Origin: Spirochaetia bacterium
GTDB lineage: Bacteria > Spirochaetota > Spirochaetia > SZUA-6 > Bin103
Assembly (NCBI GenBank): GCA_965199955.1
Contig: CBDATQ010000001.1
Coordinates: 928,001-992,000, forward strand
Length of the DNA stretch: 64,000 bases
Direction: 5' to 3'
The notes below the pieces were generated by a model. It saw only the letters and a list, made by a program, of their open reading frames with translations, was not told the DNA's origin and ran no database searches. Shown piece after piece: positions 61,818-64,000 of the stretch. Each line of letters opens with the position of its first letter. Position 1 is the first letter of the stretch. The translations under genes and the position numbers were made by a program.

Positions 61818-62738
61818 CGCCGGCCACTCCCACCGTCGCCGTCGCGGACCTGGAGGTGTCGGTCGACGACCTCGACCTGCAGCGCGGCGCCGCCATCTTC
61901 GACGAGCACGGCTGCCTTGTGGTGCGTGGCCTGATGCGCGCGCACGCGGACGCGATGTACCGCGACATCATGGCCACGGTCGACGACGCGATCGCCGACC
62001 TGGACCGGGCGTGGCAGGTGCCCGAGGGGCTGGGTGGTCCCGAACGGCAGCCTGTTCCTGCCGGCGCCCGATCACTACGATCGGGACAAGCAGATCATGG
62101 TGGTCGGCATCGACTACACCACCAGCGCGGCCTTCCTGGCAGCCGCCCTCGATCCCACGTCCCTCGACGTCGTGGAGGCGATCGTCGGCCCCAATATCGA
62201 GCTGTTCGGCCAGGGGCAGTCGCTGGTCAAGGAGCCGGTCGGCGGCCACCCGAAGCACCTCCACCAGGACTCCGCCTACTTCGAGCACCGCGACCGGGGG
62301 CCGGTGGCGATTCTCAGCTACACGATCGATACCGACCTGCGCAACGGCGCCCTGCACGTGGTGCCAGGCAGCCATCGCCTGGGACAGCTCCGGCACGTCG
62401 ACACCTTCTCCCACCTGGGGCTGGACGAGCACGAATGGCCGTGGGAGAAGGCGGTCCCCATCGAGGGCTCGGCCGGCGACTCGATCTTCTTCAACGTGAA
62501 GACCGTGCACGGATCGAAGCCCAACTACGGCGATGAGCCGCGGCCGGTCTTCATCATCCGCTACCGCGATCCCGAGGACTACACGATCGTCCGCGCGACT
62601 CGCACGGAGGTGCGCGCCGAGGCGGAGAAGCAGGCCGCCGAGGCGACCCGCGCGGACGACCAGCGCGGGCTGATGGTGCGCGGCTTCCGCCACACCGACT
62701 CGAAGAGCGCCGTGCAGCGCTCGGTACCACCGGCGTGA
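61814..62738 (+). pseudogene. PhyH-family dioxygenase with a single-base frameshift
   Basis: FDEHGCLVV in one frame; LHQD, VVPGSH, VHGS in the next; extra G in the run at 62026-62029. Confidence 0.75.
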
Positions 62739-63520
62739 CGACGGCGGAGCGGCCGACCGCCTCCGAGCGGTTCTTCTTCGACACCAACGGGTACCTGCTG
62801 CTTGAGGGCGTGCTCGACGCCGATCATGTCGGCCGGCTGCGCACCGCTCTGGAGGAGGCCGTCGAACGCCGCCGCGAACTGGCGCGAGCCGGCGAACAGG
62901 TGTTCCGCGTCAACCAGGATCTGGAGAACGGCACGCGCATCTTCTACCTGCTGGCCGAGGACGACCTGTTCCTGGACATGATGGACCTGCCGGCGGTGAT
63001 GCCCTACGTCACCGGACTCTTCAACGAGAAGCCGCACTTCCACGCCTCCGACGCGTTCTGGGAGCACGGCGCCAGCGGCCACGGCGCCGCCTGGCACATC
63101 GACGGCGCCGATGACGGCTACCGCGGGCTCGGGCCCTACATCCCCCTGCTCCAGCTCAAGATCGCCTACTTCCTCTCTGACATGAGCACCCCCGACCAGG
63201 GCAACCTGACCGTGGTGCCGGGATCGCACCGCGCGCGGGTGGCTCCGGACGAGCGCGACCTGCGGGGGTTCGAGTCGCTGCCGGGCGCGGTGCAGCTCTG
63301 CTGCCCGCAGGGCTCCTGCGTGATGTTCCACAACGCCCTCTGGCATACGAGGGGACCCTCGCGCCGCGACGACGGCGAGCGGATCATCCTTTACTACGCC
63401 TACGAGCACCCCTGGATGGCGGCCAGCCCCGAGCCAACCTCCTATCCGCCGGCCTTCTATGCCGGGCTCTCGCCCGCGCGCCGGGCGTTCTTTCTCCCGG
63501 TGGTGCTGCCCGGGGACTGA
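62735..63520 (+). CDS. PhyH-family dioxygenase
   Basis: FDTNGYL, WHID, VVPGSH, LWH. Confidence 0.9.
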   Translation: MTTAERPTASERFFFDTNGYLLLEGVLDADHVGRLRTALEEAVERRRELARAGEQVFRVNQDLENGTRIFYLLAEDDLFLDMMDLPAVMPYVTGLFNEKPHFHASDAFWEHGASGHGAAWHIDGADDGYRGLGPYIPLLQLKIAYFLSDMSTPDQGNLTVVPGSHRARVAPDERDLRGFESLPGAVQLCCPQGSCVMFHNALWHTRGPSRRDDGERIILYYAYEHPWMAASPEPTSYPPAFYAGLSPARRAFFLPVVLPGD

Positions 63521-63557
63521 ACCGGCTCAGCTCCCACCGCGACCGACGCCCGGATCA

Positions 63558-63692
63558 GTCCCGAGCCGCCGCAGGTCCGCGGGGGTCGCCGGCACCTCCA
63601 ATGACACAGGGGTTGTACCGACCGTCCGGGCGGACGATATTCTCAGGTGAGAGTCCGTCACCGGGACCCGCCGGCGACGGCATGCATCGGGC
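63558..63692. ncRNA. Candidate structured RNA (unassigned)
   Basis: Nested stems CCCGA/TCGGG, GTCGCCGGC/GCCGGCGAC, CGTCC/GGACG, TCTC/GAGA, with lower-GC linkers. Confidence 0.3.
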
Positions 63693-63714
63693 ATACGCAT
63701 CAGAGGAGTAGAAC

Positions 63715-64000
63715 GTGGCAAAGAACGCCCCGACGGCCGCCGCCAAGACCGTCCAGGAGCCGGCAGCGCCGGCCGAGCTGTTCCGCAACAGCGCAATCCC
63801 GTACATAGCCATCGCCCTGGCGCTGGCCGGCGTCGTGCTCGGCTTCCTTCTGACCCTTGGCTACTTCCACCACACCGTTCTGGGAGCGGCTACCGGCTGC
63901 GCCATCAACTCCTACGTGGACTGTGACCGCATCAGCGCGTCGCCGTTCGCGGCCATCGGCCGCGTGCCGATTTCCGCCTTCGGGCTGGGCATGCACGCCG
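63715..64000 (+). CDS. VKOR-family membrane protein (3' part outside the window)
   Basis: GAGGAG RBS plus GTG; TM helix, then GCAINSYVDCDRISASPFAAIGRVPISAFG; not in the ORF track. Confidence 0.8.
   Translation, partial: MAKNAPTAAAKTVQEPAAPAELFRNSAIPYIAIALALAGVVLGFLLTLGYFHHTVLGAATGCAINSYVDCDRISASPFAAIGRVPISAFGLGMHA

Noticed and set aside
63558..63692. Assignment as a glycine, TPP, guanidine-III or c-di-GMP-II riboswitch, or SRP RNA
   Set aside because: Only short partial word matches; the core consensus motifs are absent.

Overview
Very GC-rich bacterial chromosomal segment. Protein styles (sugar-binding protein N-terminus, Sel1 repeats, several PhyH dioxygenases, Uma2) suggest a host- or sponge-associated lineage such as a spirochaete; this is inference only. 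Intact core genes: polA (partial), aroC, acpS, AddAB-like helicase/nuclease, SNF2+SWIM, YcaQ-type glycosylase, sugar ABC importer, LolD/FtsX/LolA-like exporter, glycosidases, a vanadium haloperoxidase-like protein and VKOR (partial). A type I R-M defence locus (8.0-19.8 kb) has intact hsdM and hsdR and a destroyed hsdS. The hsdS is split by an IS256 (8-bp TSD) that itself contains an IS66. The locus also holds an orphan HepT-type HEPN toxin and a second HEPN protein fused in frame to the HsdS C-terminus. Many intergenic spaces are short, joined and sometimes inverted remnants of recognisable genes (GH92, GT4, DUF4365/DUF4276, AbrB, FGE/PQQ-dehydrogenase, Ada, Uma2, McrB/McrC/HNH). No rRNA, tRNA or CRISPR array was seen. 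All family calls come from motif recognition by eye, not database searches.
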